Source of the DNA: Candidatus Eiseniibacteriota bacterium | GTDB lineage: Bacteria; Eisenbacteria; RBG-16-71-46; CAVPCR01 | DNA length: 64,000 nucleotides | Assembly (NCBI GenBank): GCA_963702435.1 | Contig: CAVPCR010000001.1 | Span: forward strand, 640,001 to 704,000 | Direction: 5' to 3' | In this document: positions 51,843 through 62,145 of the stretch, piece by piece | Layout: each line of letters begins with the position of its first letter | Numbering within the stretch: position 1 is the stretch's first letter | Program-made: the position numbers and the translations under genes | Notes under the pieces: generated by a model | The model's input: the letters and a program-made list of their open reading frames with translations, nothing else | Databases searched by the model: none | What the model was told of the DNA's origin: nothing

Positions 51843-53372
51843 TCACCGCTCGATCGTGCGCACGACCGTCCCGTCCGGCGCGATCAGGCGTGCGATGAGC
51901 CCCATCTGCCCCGGCAGCGTGTGCGCCGCGCAGCCGTGGCACGGGTCGTAGGCGCGGAACGCCATCTCGACCTTGTTGAGAAGCCCCTCCGACACCGCTC
52001 CGCCGCGGATCAGCGCCTTCGCCGCGCGCTCGACGCTCATGGCCATGCGCGCCGAGTTCCCCTGGGTGGCCACGATCAGGTTCGCCTTCCGGATGAGGCC
52101 CCGCTCGTCGGTCTCGTAGTGATGGATGAGCGTGCCGCGCGGCGCCTCGACCACCCCGATCCCGACCTTCGGGGTCGCCCGCGGGATCGTCCGCACCTCG
52201 GTCGAGGTGATCTCCGGGTCGGCGAGGAGCTCCCCGAGCCGCTCCGCCGCGGCGATCATCTCGACCACCCGCGCCCAGTGGTTGGCGAGCGTGTGGTGGA
52301 CCGGCCGGCCGCCCAGGGTGGCGAAGAGCTCGGCCCGCGCCGCCTCGGCCTCCGGGGTCGCGAACCCCTCGCTCGCGTTCAGCCGCGCGAGCGGCGCCAC
52401 CGAGTAGACCCCGCTCTCCTTCCCCTCCACGAACCCGTGCCAGCCGACGCGCTTCAGGTAGCAGAACTTGACGTAGCTCCACGGCTCGACGTGCTCGGCG
52501 ATGTGATCGAGATAGCTCGCGATCGGGAACCGGGCGAACTCCTTCCCTTCCGGATCGACCACCCGCACCTGGCCGTCGTAGAAGGCCGTGCGGTTCTTCT
52601 CGTCGACGAGCCCCATGTAGTAGGTGCGGTGCGTGTAGGCATCGGCGGTGATGAGGCCGACGTACTCCGGATTCGCGAGCACGACATCCTTGAACACCTG
52701 GAGCGTGAAGCGGGCGAACTCGAGCCCTTCCGTCGCCACCTCGCGGAAGCGCGCGCGATCGGGCTCGGCGAGCGGCTTCGCCACCCCGCCCGGAAGGCCG
52801 AGGACCGGATGCACCGGCTTCCCGCCGAGCGTGCCCACGATCTCGCGGATCCGCCGCCGCATGGCGATCACGCGCTGGCCGGTGGCGACCCCGAACTTCT
52901 GGATCACCCCGATCAGGTTCCGCATCTCCTTCGGCGCCTCCGGCCCGACCAGGAAGTCCGGCCCGCCGAGCACATAGACGTGGAGAGCGTGATCCTCGAG
53001 CATGAAGGCGTTGTAGACGAGCTCGCGGAGCTTCTTCGCCGCGGGCGGCGGCTCGACCTGGTAGAGCGCGTCGAGCGCCTTGGTCGCCGCCATGTGGTGC
53101 GCGGTCGGGCAGACCCCGCACACCCGGCTCGTGATCTGCGGCATGTCCTCGGCCGGCCGGCCCACGCAGAACTGCTCGAACCCGCGGAGCTCCGGCACCT
53201 GGAAGTACGCCCGCTCGACGTCCCCGGCGGCGTCGAGGAAGATGTCGATCTTCCCGTGGCCCTCGAGACGCGTGATCGGATCGATCGTGAGCCGCCGCGT
53301 CGCGTAGGTGGCCGCCGCGCGCCCAAGCCCCTCGTTCCACACCTGCTCCATCGTGTCAACGGTGTCCGTCAT
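51843..53372 (-). CDS. mvhA: [NiFe] hydrogenase large subunit, MvhA-like (group 3c)
   Basis: TRLEGHG, L1 SRVCGVC, EAPRGTLIHHY, L2 RAYDPCHGCAAH plus C-terminal extension. Confidence 0.9.
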   Translation of the reverse strand: MTDTVDTMEQVWNEGLGRAAATYATRRLTIDPITRLEGHGKIDIFLDAAGDVERAYFQVPELRGFEQFCVGRPAEDMPQITSRVCGVCPTAHHMAATKALDALYQVEPPPAAKKLRELVYNAFMLEDHALHVYVLGGPDFLVGPEAPKEMRNLIGVIQKFGVATGQRVIAMRRRIREIVGTLGGKPVHPVLGLPGGVAKPLAEPDRARFREVATEGLEFARFTLQVFKDVVLANPEYVGLITADAYTHRTYYMGLVDEKNRTAFYDGQVRVVDPEGKEFARFPIASYLDHIAEHVEPWSYVKFCYLKRVGWHGFVEGKESGVYSVAPLARLNASEGFATPEAEAARAELFATLGGRPVHHTLANHWARVVEMIAAAERLGELLADPEITSTEVRTIPRATPKVGIGVVEAPRGTLIHHYETDERGLIRKANLIVATQGNSARMAMSVERAAKALIRGGAVSEGLLNKVEMAFRAYDPCHGCAAHTLPGQMGLIARLIAPDGTVVRTIER

Positions 53373-54367
53373 GGCTTCGGCTCCCTCCCGGCGATCTCCG
53401 TTTCCGCGATCTTCGCGCGCAGGCGCGAGGCGGCGAGCCCGTACCGGTAGAAGGTGCCCACCGGATCCGGGATGCCCGCGAGCGTCGTCACGATGTCCTC
53501 GTCGGTCTTCGGTTCGATGTTCGCGGCCAGGGAGGACAGGATCTTCGCGCCCTGGTCGGCGACGCGCGAGGTGGGCCCGAAGCAGCCGGTGCACGGCATC
53601 CAGCCGCCGATGCAGAGCGCCTCGCACCCGCTCCGCGTCGCCGGCCCCATGCACAGAACGCCCTGCGCGAGGAAGCACTGGTCCGGATCGAGCCGGACCA
53701 GGTGCGGCCGGCGGAACTCGGTGATCGCGAGATCCACCGGCTTCGAATCCTTGCGCGGGCACTCGTCGCAGAGCGCGATGTCCGGCGCGAGGACGGCGCC
53801 CCGGGGCGGGAGCTTCCCGGCGAGGATCGCTTCCAGCGCCCCGGCGAGGAGCTTGGCCGTGGGCGGGCACCCCGGAATCGTGTAGTCGACGTCGATCACC
53901 GCGCCGAGCGGGCGCACCACATGCCAGAGCTCGGGCAAGGTCACCTCGCGCCCGTCCTCGACCACGCGGAGCGCGGGGCGCGTCCGCTCGGGATTCACGG
54001 TGCTCGGCGACTCCTCGTAGACCGTGCGCAGGAGGTCTTCCCGCGAGAACTGGTTCGCGAGCCCGGGGATCCCGCCCTGATGCGCGCAGGATCCGTAGGC
54101 GACGACGAGCGCGCTCTTCCGGCGGAGGAGATGCACCATCTCCTCCTGCTCGGAGCTGCGGACCGCGCCGTTCACGAGCGCGACCGCGATCGACCCGTCG
54201 GGCATCGCCTCGATGTCGGCGCGCTTGAAATCCATCGCCACCGGCCACAGCACGATGTCCACGGCGCCGACGACATCGAGGATGTTCTCGGCCAGATCCA
54301 CCACCGATTCCTCGCACCCCCCGCAGGAGGCGCACCAGTAGATAGCGATCTTGGGTTTAGCCGACAT
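53369..54367 (-). CDS. mvhG: Hydrogenase small subunit, MvhG-like
   Basis: CASCGGC, AYGSCA, IPGCPP, LCDECPR, CMGPATRSGC, PCTGCFGP. Confidence 0.9.
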   Translation of the reverse strand: MSAKPKIAIYWCASCGGCEESVVDLAENILDVVGAVDIVLWPVAMDFKRADIEAMPDGSIAVALVNGAVRSSEQEEMVHLLRRKSALVVAYGSCAHQGGIPGLANQFSREDLLRTVYEESPSTVNPERTRPALRVVEDGREVTLPELWHVVRPLGAVIDVDYTIPGCPPTAKLLAGALEAILAGKLPPRGAVLAPDIALCDECPRKDSKPVDLAITEFRRPHLVRLDPDQCFLAQGVLCMGPATRSGCEALCIGGWMPCTGCFGPTSRVADQGAKILSSLAANIEPKTDEDIVTTLAGIPDPVGTFYRYGLAASRLRAKIAETEIAGREPKP

Positions 54368-54950
54368 GGGTCACCGCCTCCTCCCGGCCCACATTCTCGA
54401 CGTCCGCCCCGCCTGCCGCACCCGCCGCCACCGCCTCGAGGTGGGTCATCTCGCGATCCCAGTCGGCGAAGCGCCCCGGCATCCCGAGAGGCCCGAGCGC
54501 CGTCACCTGGGCGACGAGCTCGTTCACCACGGTCTTGACGCGTTCCCCTTCCGAGGCCGAGATCCACTCGAGGCGCAAGCGCTCCGGGGCGATCCCCATG
54601 TCCTCGAGCACCCGCTTCAAGAGATGGAAGCGGCGGAGGCACTTGTAATTGCCTTCCATGTAGTGGCAGTCCCCCGGATGGCAGCCGCCGATCAGGACGC
54701 CGTCCGCGCCGCGGGCGAAGGCCTCGAGCACGAACTGCGGATCGACTCGTCCCGAGCACATGACCCGGATGATCCGGAAGTGCGGCGAATGCTTGAGCCG
54801 CGAGACGCCGGCCAGATCGGCCGCCGTGTACGTGCACCAGTTGCAGAAGAAGGCGATGATCCGGGGCCGGAAGCCGTTCTCGCGCCGATCCGGCGCGGGG
54901 CTGCCGCGCCGCCCTTGGTCACCCTCCCCGTTCGTGTTCTCTCTGGACAT
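54357..54950 (-). CDS. mvhD: Hydrogenase Fe-S subunit MvhD
   Basis: FFCNWCTYTAADLAG, MCSGRVDP, GCHPGDCHY, WISASEG. Confidence 0.93.
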   Translation of the reverse strand: MSRENTNGEGDQGRRGSPAPDRRENGFRPRIIAFFCNWCTYTAADLAGVSRLKHSPHFRIIRVMCSGRVDPQFVLEAFARGADGVLIGGCHPGDCHYMEGNYKCLRRFHLLKRVLEDMGIAPERLRLEWISASEGERVKTVVNELVAQVTALGPLGMPGRFADWDREMTHLEAVAAGAAGGADVENVGREEAVTHVG

Positions 54951-54977
54951 TGGTCACCTCCGTTTCGCGAGCGCCCC

Positions 54978-56978
54978 TCATCCGACGGGGGTCAGGAGAC
55001 CCTCGATCTCGCTCCAGATCTCGTCGTCCTGGAACAGGTTCTGGCGGATCGATCCCGACGGACACGAGGCCACGCAGGTGCCGCAGCCCTTGCACAGCGC
55101 CTCGTTGAGCGATGCCTTCTTCTTCGTTTCGTCGTAGGAGATCGCCGAGTACGGGCAGAGCGGGACGCAGGACTTGCACCCCGAGCACTCCTCCTCGACG
55201 ATATAGGCGGTATTCGGTTCGAGCTCCTTCGAGCCCGAGTCGATCAGCACGAGCGCCTGCGCGGCCGCCGCCCCGGCCTGGGCGACCGTGTCGGGGATGT
55301 CGCGCGGACCCTGGCAGGCGCCGGCGATGTAGACCCCGTCGGTAAAGGTGTCGACCGGCGCGAGCTTCGGATGCCGCTCGAGGAAGAAGCCCTCTTTAGA
55401 GCAGGACATGTTGAAGAGCCGCCGCACGTCCTGCGCATCCGGCTGCGGCTCGAGCCCGGTCGAGAGCACGACCATGTCGACCGGGATGCGGCGAACGACG
55501 CCGACTAGCGTGTCCTCGACCCGGATGACGAGCTTGCCTTCTTCCTCCGCCGTGAAAGCCCAGTCGCTCACCTCGGCGACGCGACCGCGGATGAAGTGCA
55601 CGCCCTCCTTCAGGACCTTGTCCCAGAACTCCTCGTAGCCCTTCCCCGGCGTCCGCATGTCGATGTAGAAGTTGAAGACCTCGGCCCCGGTGTGCTCCTT
55701 GATGAGGTGCGCGAGCTTGAGCGAATACATGCAGCAGACCCGGCTGCACCAGCGGTTGGTTCGCTCGTCGCGCGAGCCGACGCAATGGATGATCCCGACC
55801 GACGTGGGTGCGCGCCCGTCGCGGAGCACGACCTCGCCGCCGGTCGGTCCGGCGGCGTTCACCAGGCGTTCGACCTCGAGCGCGGTGAAGACGTTCTTGT
55901 ACTTGCCGTAGCCGTAGTAGGGCACTTTCTCGGGCGCCACGGCGCGGAAGCCGGTCGCCACGATGATGGCGCCGACCGCGACCTCGTCGAACGTCTCCTC
56001 CTGCTTGAAGTCGATCGCATCGCGATCGCAGGCCTCGACGCACGACTTCTTGCACTTCCCGGTCTTGAACTCGATGCAGCGCTCGGGGTCGATGAGGACG
56101 ACCTGGGGGGTCGCCTGCGGGAACGGGATGTAGACCGGCTTCCGCTTGCCGAGCCCCTGGTTGAACTCATCGGGGAACTTGGCCTCCTTGAAGGCGCAGG
56201 ACTCGATGCAGGCCAGGCACCCCACGCACAGGCTCGGATCCACGTAGCGCGGCTTGTGCTTCACCTTGATGTTGTAGCTCCCGACGAAGCCGTCCACCTG
56301 GACCACCTCCGAGTAGGTCCAGAGCGTGATGTTCGGGTGGGAGCGGACGGCCGACATCTTCGGCGTCAGGATGCAGGCGGCGCAGTCGAGCGTCGGGAAG
56401 GTCTTGTCGAACTTGGCCATGTGGCCGCCGATCGTCGGCTCGCGCTCGACCAGGTAGACCTTCTTCCCCGCATCGGCCAGCGTGAGCGCGGCGTGGATGC
56501 CGGCGATCCCGCCCCCGACCACGAGCACCGCCGGCGTGACCGGCACCCGCTTCTTCTCGAGGGCGCGATGCAGGCGAACCCGGCGGAGCGCGGCGCGGGC
56601 GAGGTCGATCGCCTTCCGCGTCGCCTCCTCCGGATCGTCATGCACCCAGGAAACGTTCTCCCGGATGTTCACCATCTGGAAGTGGAAGGGATTGAGCCCC
56701 CCCTTCTCGACCGCCTTCCGGAAGGTGTGCTCGTGCAGGAGCGGCGAGCAGGAGGCGACCACCACCCGGTCGAGCCGTTCCTCGCGGATGTCCTTCTGGA
56801 TGAGCTCCTGGCCGGGATCGGAGCACATGTACTTGTACTCGCGGGAGACGACCACCCCGGGAAAGCGCGCCGCTTGGGCGGCGACCCGCTCGACGTCCAC
56901 CTTCCCGGCGATGTTGTGACCGCAGTGACAGATGTAGAACCCGAGGCGCGGCTGCCCGTTCGCATGCAGCTCAGACAT
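54978..56978 (-). CDS. hdrA: Heterodisulfide reductase subunit A
   Basis: YICHCGHNI, YMCSDPGQ, GGGIAG, FDKTFPTLDCAACIL, CVGSRD..CSRVCC, C-terminal 2x[4Fe-4S]. Start chosen from the RBS position. Confidence 0.95.
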   Translation of the reverse strand: MSELHANGQPRLGFYICHCGHNIAGKVDVERVAAQAARFPGVVVSREYKYMCSDPGQELIQKDIREERLDRVVVASCSPLLHEHTFRKAVEKGGLNPFHFQMVNIRENVSWVHDDPEEATRKAIDLARAALRRVRLHRALEKKRVPVTPAVLVVGGGIAGIHAALTLADAGKKVYLVEREPTIGGHMAKFDKTFPTLDCAACILTPKMSAVRSHPNITLWTYSEVVQVDGFVGSYNIKVKHKPRYVDPSLCVGCLACIESCAFKEAKFPDEFNQGLGKRKPVYIPFPQATPQVVLIDPERCIEFKTGKCKKSCVEACDRDAIDFKQEETFDEVAVGAIIVATGFRAVAPEKVPYYGYGKYKNVFTALEVERLVNAAGPTGGEVVLRDGRAPTSVGIIHCVGSRDERTNRWCSRVCCMYSLKLAHLIKEHTGAEVFNFYIDMRTPGKGYEEFWDKVLKEGVHFIRGRVAEVSDWAFTAEEEGKLVIRVEDTLVGVVRRIPVDMVVLSTGLEPQPDAQDVRRLFNMSCSKEGFFLERHPKLAPVDTFTDGVYIAGACQGPRDIPDTVAQAGAAAAQALVLIDSGSKELEPNTAYIVEEECSGCKSCVPLCPYSAISYDETKKKASLNEALCKGCGTCVASCPSGSIRQNLFQDDEIWSEIEGLLTPVG

Positions 56979-57894
56979 GGGCTGGTTCACCTCCTCCCCG
57001 CGCGGCGACCGGCTCCGGCGGCGGCACCAGGATCTTCCGCATGCCGAGATCCGCCGGCTTGAAGCCGAACGCGAGGCCCATGAGCTGCGTGAAGTAGACG
57101 ACCGGCATGGTGAAGTCGTCCCGGTACTGCTTCCGCATCTCGCCCTGGTAGGACTCGAGGTTGAACTGACACAGCGGGCACGTCGTCGCGATGACGGTCG
57201 CGCCCTGGCGCCGGGCCTCCTTGAGCACGTTGTAGCTCATCTCGACCCCGATCTCGTGCACCGTCCCGGTCAAGCTCCCGCCGCAGCAGCGGGTCGCCAG
57301 CGGCCAGCGGATGGTCTCGGCGCCGAGCGCCGCCATCAACTGCTCGAGGGTCTGCGGGTTCCGCATGTCGTCGAAGACGGCGAACGGGCGGACGATCTGG
57401 CAGCCGTAGTAGCAGGCCACCCGGTAACCGGCGAGCGGGCGCGTGACCCGGGCGGTGACGCGCGCGAGCGTCACGTCGTTCACGATCACGTCGAGAGGGT
57501 GCCGCACGCGCGCGGTTCCCTGGTAATCGAGGCCGGCCTCGCGGAGCGCCCCGCCGACCACCCGTTTGACCTCGGGCAGGGTCTCCAGGTAGCGCTGGGT
57601 CTTCATCAGCACGAGGTAGCAGGCGGCGCACGGAGCGACGACCTGGGCGGCCCCGTTCGCCGCTCCGCCGGGTCCCTTCTCGCCGTTCTCGTGCTCGGCG
57701 AGCGCCAGGTTCCGCGCGGCGAGGGCGAAAGCCTTGTTCTCGTCCACCGCCATGTAGGCGGTGGCCCCGCAGCAGTTCCAGTCATCGAGCTCGGCGATCG
57801 GGACCTCGAGCGCCGCCAGGACCCGGAGCAGCGACTCCTCGTACGCCTTCCCGGTGCTCTTGAGCGAACAGCCCGGATAGTAGAGGTACTTCAT
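56971..57894 (-). CDS. hdrB: Heterodisulfide reductase subunit B
   Basis: YYPGCSL, WNCCGA, YYGCQIVRP, CCGGS and CPLCQFNL CCG domains. Confidence 0.93.
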   Translation of the reverse strand: MKYLYYPGCSLKSTGKAYEESLLRVLAALEVPIAELDDWNCCGATAYMAVDENKAFALAARNLALAEHENGEKGPGGAANGAAQVVAPCAACYLVLMKTQRYLETLPEVKRVVGGALREAGLDYQGTARVRHPLDVIVNDVTLARVTARVTRPLAGYRVACYYGCQIVRPFAVFDDMRNPQTLEQLMAALGAETIRWPLATRCCGGSLTGTVHEIGVEMSYNVLKEARRQGATVIATTCPLCQFNLESYQGEMRKQYRDDFTMPVVYFTQLMGLAFGFKPADLGMRKILVPPPEPVAARGGGEPAHV

Positions 57895-58538
57895 GGGTGC
57901 GCTTCCTTCTCGGCCCGCTCGACCGCATCCAGGAGCCGCGTGAGCTGCTCCCGGCCCCGGATCGACTCGGCACCGAGCGGCAGTCGCCCGCTCGTCACGA
58001 GCTTCCACCCGAGGCCCATGTCCCGGAAGATCTTGATCAGGTTCGTCCGCCGGTAGAGCGCGGCCATCAGCCGGCTCTCGCTGTTCCGCCCGCGCTTCTC
58101 CACCTGCTTGAAGAACTCGGTGGCGAGGACGGGAGTCGGAAAGCGCTCCGGAAAGACGTTGTCGATGATCGCCTGGCGCTTGAGCGCATACATGACGTCG
58201 GTGATGCGGATCTCGCGCGGGCAATCGACCGTGCAGGAGTAGCACGACGCGCAGATCCAGATGGTGAGACTGCGCAGCGCGTCGTCCTTGAAGCCCTCGC
58301 GGATCATGGCGATGATCTGGCGCGGGGTGTAATCCATGTACGGGCTGACCGGGCAGGTCGCGCTGCAGGTGCCGCACTGGATGCAGCTCCGGAACTTCTC
58401 GCCGTGCGCGAGCTCGGCGACCTGGTCGGCGAAACCCGGATCGAGGTGGGCCTGGAAGGAGATCTGAAGCCGGACTTTTTTGTCCGATTTGCTCGCGATG
58501 AGGGGTAAACCGTAAGGTGAGCGAGAACGCAAGCTCAA
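57891..58538 (-). CDS. hdrC: Heterodisulfide reductase subunit C
   Basis: CIQCGTCSATCP and WICASCYSCTVDCP; TTG start inferred from AGGAGG (uncertain). Confidence 0.88.
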   Translation of the reverse strand: MSLRSRSPYGLPLIASKSDKKVRLQISFQAHLDPGFADQVAELAHGEKFRSCIQCGTCSATCPVSPYMDYTPRQIIAMIREGFKDDALRSLTIWICASCYSCTVDCPREIRITDVMYALKRQAIIDNVFPERFPTPVLATEFFKQVEKRGRNSESRLMAALYRRTNLIKIFRDMGLGWKLVTSGRLPLGAESIRGREQLTRLLDAVERAEKEAHP

Positions 58539-58701
58539 GGTAGCGCCTCCCTTTCTCGGCCCAGGCGGCGCTCTCCGCCTCCACACACATCCGTCGCACC
58601 CGCGCGTGTCGCGGGCACCACGCCGGGAATGAGGCTAGCAAACCGTCAACCCTCGTTCATCTCAATTCCGGATCATGGTTGCATCGGCGTGATCGCGCCG
58701 C

Positions 58702-58730
58702 TTGCACCAACGCATCGACGGTGCTAGCGT
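58702..58730 (+). promoter_or_regulatory. Putative sigma70 promoter (extended -10)
   Basis: TTGCAC-N17-TAGCGT with TGn, 40 nt upstream of the ATG at 58771. Confidence 0.45.
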
Positions 58731-58770
58731 TGATAGTTTGCACCTGAAAGCCGCAACGGAGATCTCCACC

Positions 58771-60546
58771 ATGCGCCTGCGCGACCGGAGCGCGTCTCGC
58801 GTCCTCTACCTGCTCCTCGCGGCGGTCCTCCTCGCCGCCGCCCCGGCTCGGGCGCTCGTCGACTTCGATTTCGAGCAGCGCTACTTCATGGAGCCCGGCC
58901 TCATCGCCGCCGACCACGCCATCCTCGTCACCGACGGCGACTATCACCTGATCTACACGGTCGGCTACCAGGGGCAGGGCTGGGGCGAGCCCGGCAACAT
59001 GATCGACTTCGGGCACGCCTCTTCCCCCGATCTCGTGCACTGGACCGTCCATCCGCGCCTCATCACGACCGAGGCGCCCGGCTGGAAGGAGCGCAACGTC
59101 TGGGCCCCGCACATCATGACGAGCTTCGGGGGCGACTTCCTGATCTTCTACACCGGCGTCGACTCCGCCGTCGCGCAGCAGATCGGCGTCTCGGTGTCCC
59201 CCGACCTCTTCGCCTGGGCCGACCATCCGGCGAACCCCGTCTACCGCCCCGACACGACCTGGGCGCTGTGGCAGCCGGGGCAGTGGTCGAACTGCCGCGA
59301 TCCGTTCGTGACCAGGGTCCTGGCGAACTCCCAGTTCGCCATGCTCACGACCGCCTTGACCAAGCCCGGCTACCAGGGGCTCGCGAGCCGGGGTGCGATC
59401 GCGCTCGCCTTCGCGCCCTCCTTCAACGCCGGCGCGTTCGTCGACGCCGGACAACCGCTCTTCGTCAACGACTCCTACCGCGTCCTCGAATCGACGTACA
59501 TGACGCAGCGGAGCGGCCTCTACTACCTGTTCTACAACGAACAGGGGATCCCGGGCGTGCACTACATGACATCGAGCCAGCAGTTCGCAGGCTGGAGCAA
59601 GACGACCGCCCGGCTCTTCGAGTACGAAGGATTCGCCGCCGAGGTCTTCGTCCGCAACAACCAGTGGCTCTTCGCGCGCGTGCGTGACGGCGTGTGGGAC
59701 GGGCTGTCGATTCTCGGCATCAAGATCGATCCCCTGGTCTGGCAGGGATCGACCCCGACCATCGGCACGCAGAACCGCATGTTCGACGACTGGACGATCG
59801 TCTCCGGGAACGCCTTCGCACTGCAGCCCACCTTCGGCGATCGTCCCGGCGAGCGGAGCGGCACGCCGTCCGGCGTCGAGGGCTTCTTCTGGATCGCGAC
59901 CGCCGAGAATCACGCCGGACCGCTCGGCTACGGCTGCCCGGAGTGCCCGCCCGACGAGCAGAAGACCGGCGTCCTCCGCTCGCGGACCTTCACCGTGAGC
60001 GGCGACTACCTCGCCTTCGGGATCGGCGGGGGCGAGGACGCGGATAGCCTCCACGTGCGCCTGGTCCGGGCGGGCGGGGCGGAACAGCGGCGGGCGACCG
60101 GGGCGGGCTCGGATCAACTCCGCACGGTGGTGTGGGACGTGCGCGCGCTCCGGGGGCAATCCGTCTACATCGAGATCGCCGATCTCGCGACGACCGGGCA
60201 TCTGAACGTGGACTGGATCCGCGAGACCGACGAGCCGCCGGTCGCCGTCGGCGACGACGGAGCGCCCCGCGCCGGGCTCTCGATCGTCCCGATCGGGCAG
60301 CCGGGGCCGGCCCCGATCCGCTTCGCGCTCTCCCTCGACCGCGCCGCCCCCGTGCGCTTGACCATCCACGATGCAGGCGGACGCATCGTCCGGCGGCTCG
60401 ACCTCGGACCCTTGCCGGCGGGCAACGGCGCCGCGGTCTGGGACGGCCTGACCGCCGCCGGCCGCCGGGCGCCGGCCGGGGTCTACTTCTACCGGCTCGC
60501 CGCTCCGGGTGCCGCGGCCCGCGGGCGGGTGGTGCTCGCACCGTAG
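58771..60546 (+). CDS. Secreted five-bladed beta-propeller glycoside hydrolase (GH32/43-like) with FlgD-type C-terminal domain
   Basis: FGHASSPDLVHW, VWAPHI, CRDPFV, LES; TGVLRSRTF...GHLNVDWIR module; WDGLTAAGRRAPAGVYFYRL. Confidence 0.8.
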   Translation: MRLRDRSASRVLYLLLAAVLLAAAPARALVDFDFEQRYFMEPGLIAADHAILVTDGDYHLIYTVGYQGQGWGEPGNMIDFGHASSPDLVHWTVHPRLITTEAPGWKERNVWAPHIMTSFGGDFLIFYTGVDSAVAQQIGVSVSPDLFAWADHPANPVYRPDTTWALWQPGQWSNCRDPFVTRVLANSQFAMLTTALTKPGYQGLASRGAIALAFAPSFNAGAFVDAGQPLFVNDSYRVLESTYMTQRSGLYYLFYNEQGIPGVHYMTSSQQFAGWSKTTARLFEYEGFAAEVFVRNNQWLFARVRDGVWDGLSILGIKIDPLVWQGSTPTIGTQNRMFDDWTIVSGNAFALQPTFGDRPGERSGTPSGVEGFFWIATAENHAGPLGYGCPECPPDEQKTGVLRSRTFTVSGDYLAFGIGGGEDADSLHVRLVRAGGAEQRRATGAGSDQLRTVVWDVRALRGQSVYIEIADLATTGHLNVDWIRETDEPPVAVGDDGAPRAGLSIVPIGQPGPAPIRFALSLDRAAPVRLTIHDAGGRIVRRLDLGPLPAGNGAAVWDGLTAAGRRAPAGVYFYRLAAPGAAARGRVVLAP

Positions 60547-60642
60547 TAACGCTGGTAACGCTCTTCGCCGGGAAACGACGAGGGCTCCGCAGCTTCACGC
60601 TGCGGAGCCCTCTGTTGCTGCGGAACCGGTGAGAACGACTGC

Positions 60643-62145
60643 TCAGCGCGAGATCGTGATGTCGTCGAAATCGGACTCGCCGGTCATCGCGTCCATGTTG
60701 CCGAGACCCAGGTAGACGCCGAGCGGCTCCGACCCCTCAAGCAGCGTGAACGTGTGCGAAACCCCGTTCAGCGTGATCGTGAGCCGGTTCCCCGACATCT
60801 GCCAGCGGATGGCGACATCCGTCCACCGCTCGGAGGCGAAGGGGATGTCGAAGGTGTGCACGGGCCAGCGACCACCGTCGATCCGGACGCCGTTCACCTT
60901 GTTGAAGACGACGGCCCGGATCCGTCCCGGCCGCGGGCGATCGAAATCGACTCGCGTCCAGGTGTCGAGCCCGTACTCGCGCCGCGTGAAGCACAGCGGG
61001 CGCGAGCTGATGCCGATGAGATGCCGGCCGGGGCCGGTCTGGGTGAGCTGGTTGTCGTGGAAGCGGACCTTCATCGTCACGCCGCCCGCGTACTCCTTCC
61101 CGTTGCCCATCCAGCGCACGCCCTGCGTGTGATCGCGCATGGCCCCGTAACCACCCCGATCGTAGAAGCGCACGCTGCTCGAATGGGTGCGGACCATCCA
61201 GCCGGTCCAGAAGCCGCTCGTGATGCGCCGGCCGCCGTAGGCGTAGTCCACATCCTGGGGCGGGGTGGCCATGTCCGTACCGGGCGTCACGTCGGTCACC
61301 TTGAGATCGCGGAAGGCGATCGTCTCCTCGCCCGCGCCCGGCTGCCAGCGACCGATGACGAGGTGACGGAACGACTCCTCCCCGGCCAGGAGGTCGATCC
61401 CGGTCCAGGAGTACACCTTGCCGCCCGCCTTGAACTCGAGGTCATCGTTGGCCCCGCCGTCCCGCACGCGCGCGGTGAGCTCCACCTGGTTCCAGCCGGT
61501 GGCGAAGGCCCACGGGATCAGGTACTCGGCGCCCGAGGTCACGTCGCCGGAAGCCGACCGCGACTTCGGCACGATGCGCCAGGCCGACTGCGCCAGCTCG
61601 ACGTCGATCCACTCGGCCTCACCCTGGCCGGCCAGGAGGTTGTCCGTCGAGATGCCGAAGAGCTGGCGGGACGTGATGAACTCCATGTGGCCGAGGACCG
61701 GGAAGGCCTCGGGGAAATAGACCAGTCCCCGGACTTTGAGCTCGCGCGCACCGCGCTGGAAGGGAGGCGAGACCGCCTGATTGGGGAGCGGATCGAAGGA
61801 GATCCACTTCCCGACCTCGGTCTCCGTCCACGACTGCTCGGGAGCCGAGACCATCCAGCCGTCCCACGAGGCATCGTCGTCCTCGAAGAGCGTCACGCCG
61901 TCGATGACGATCTCGTCGTCATCGCTGTCCTCCGGCTGGCCGATGTTCCCGCCCATGGCCGCATAGCCCGCGGTGCGGGGCTCTACGATCTTGTCCGCCT
62001 GCTCGTTCTCGGTCTCGGCACAGCCGGCGAGGGCGAAGAGCGCGATGAGAAGTGCGAGTACAGCGAATGAGGCCGACGACCGGCGCCATGCGCGCGAAGA
62101 GGGGGGAGCGAGGGCCGGGGAAAAGGGGGAGAGGCGCTTCATCAT
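60643..62145 (-). CDS. Lipoprotein of unknown function (beta-sandwich-rich)
   Basis: AGGAGG RBS, lipobox LAGC, strong GC3 bias, Trp-rich beta-strand content. Confidence 0.75.
   Translation of the reverse strand: MMKRLSPFSPALAPPSSRAWRRSSASFAVLALLIALFALAGCAETENEQADKIVEPRTAGYAAMGGNIGQPEDSDDDEIVIDGVTLFEDDDASWDGWMVSAPEQSWTETEVGKWISFDPLPNQAVSPPFQRGARELKVRGLVYFPEAFPVLGHMEFITSRQLFGISTDNLLAGQGEAEWIDVELAQSAWRIVPKSRSASGDVTSGAEYLIPWAFATGWNQVELTARVRDGGANDDLEFKAGGKVYSWTGIDLLAGEESFRHLVIGRWQPGAGEETIAFRDLKVTDVTPGTDMATPPQDVDYAYGGRRITSGFWTGWMVRTHSSSVRFYDRGGYGAMRDHTQGVRWMGNGKEYAGGVTMKVRFHDNQLTQTGPGRHLIGISSRPLCFTRREYGLDTWTRVDFDRPRPGRIRAVVFNKVNGVRIDGGRWPVHTFDIPFASERWTDVAIRWQMSGNRLTITLNGVSHTFTLLEGSEPLGVYLGLGNMDAMTGESDFDDITISR

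Noticed and set aside
51843..58538. Selenocysteine in Mvh/Hdr subunits
   Set aside because: No in-frame UGA; the metal-ligand motifs I checked use Cys codons.
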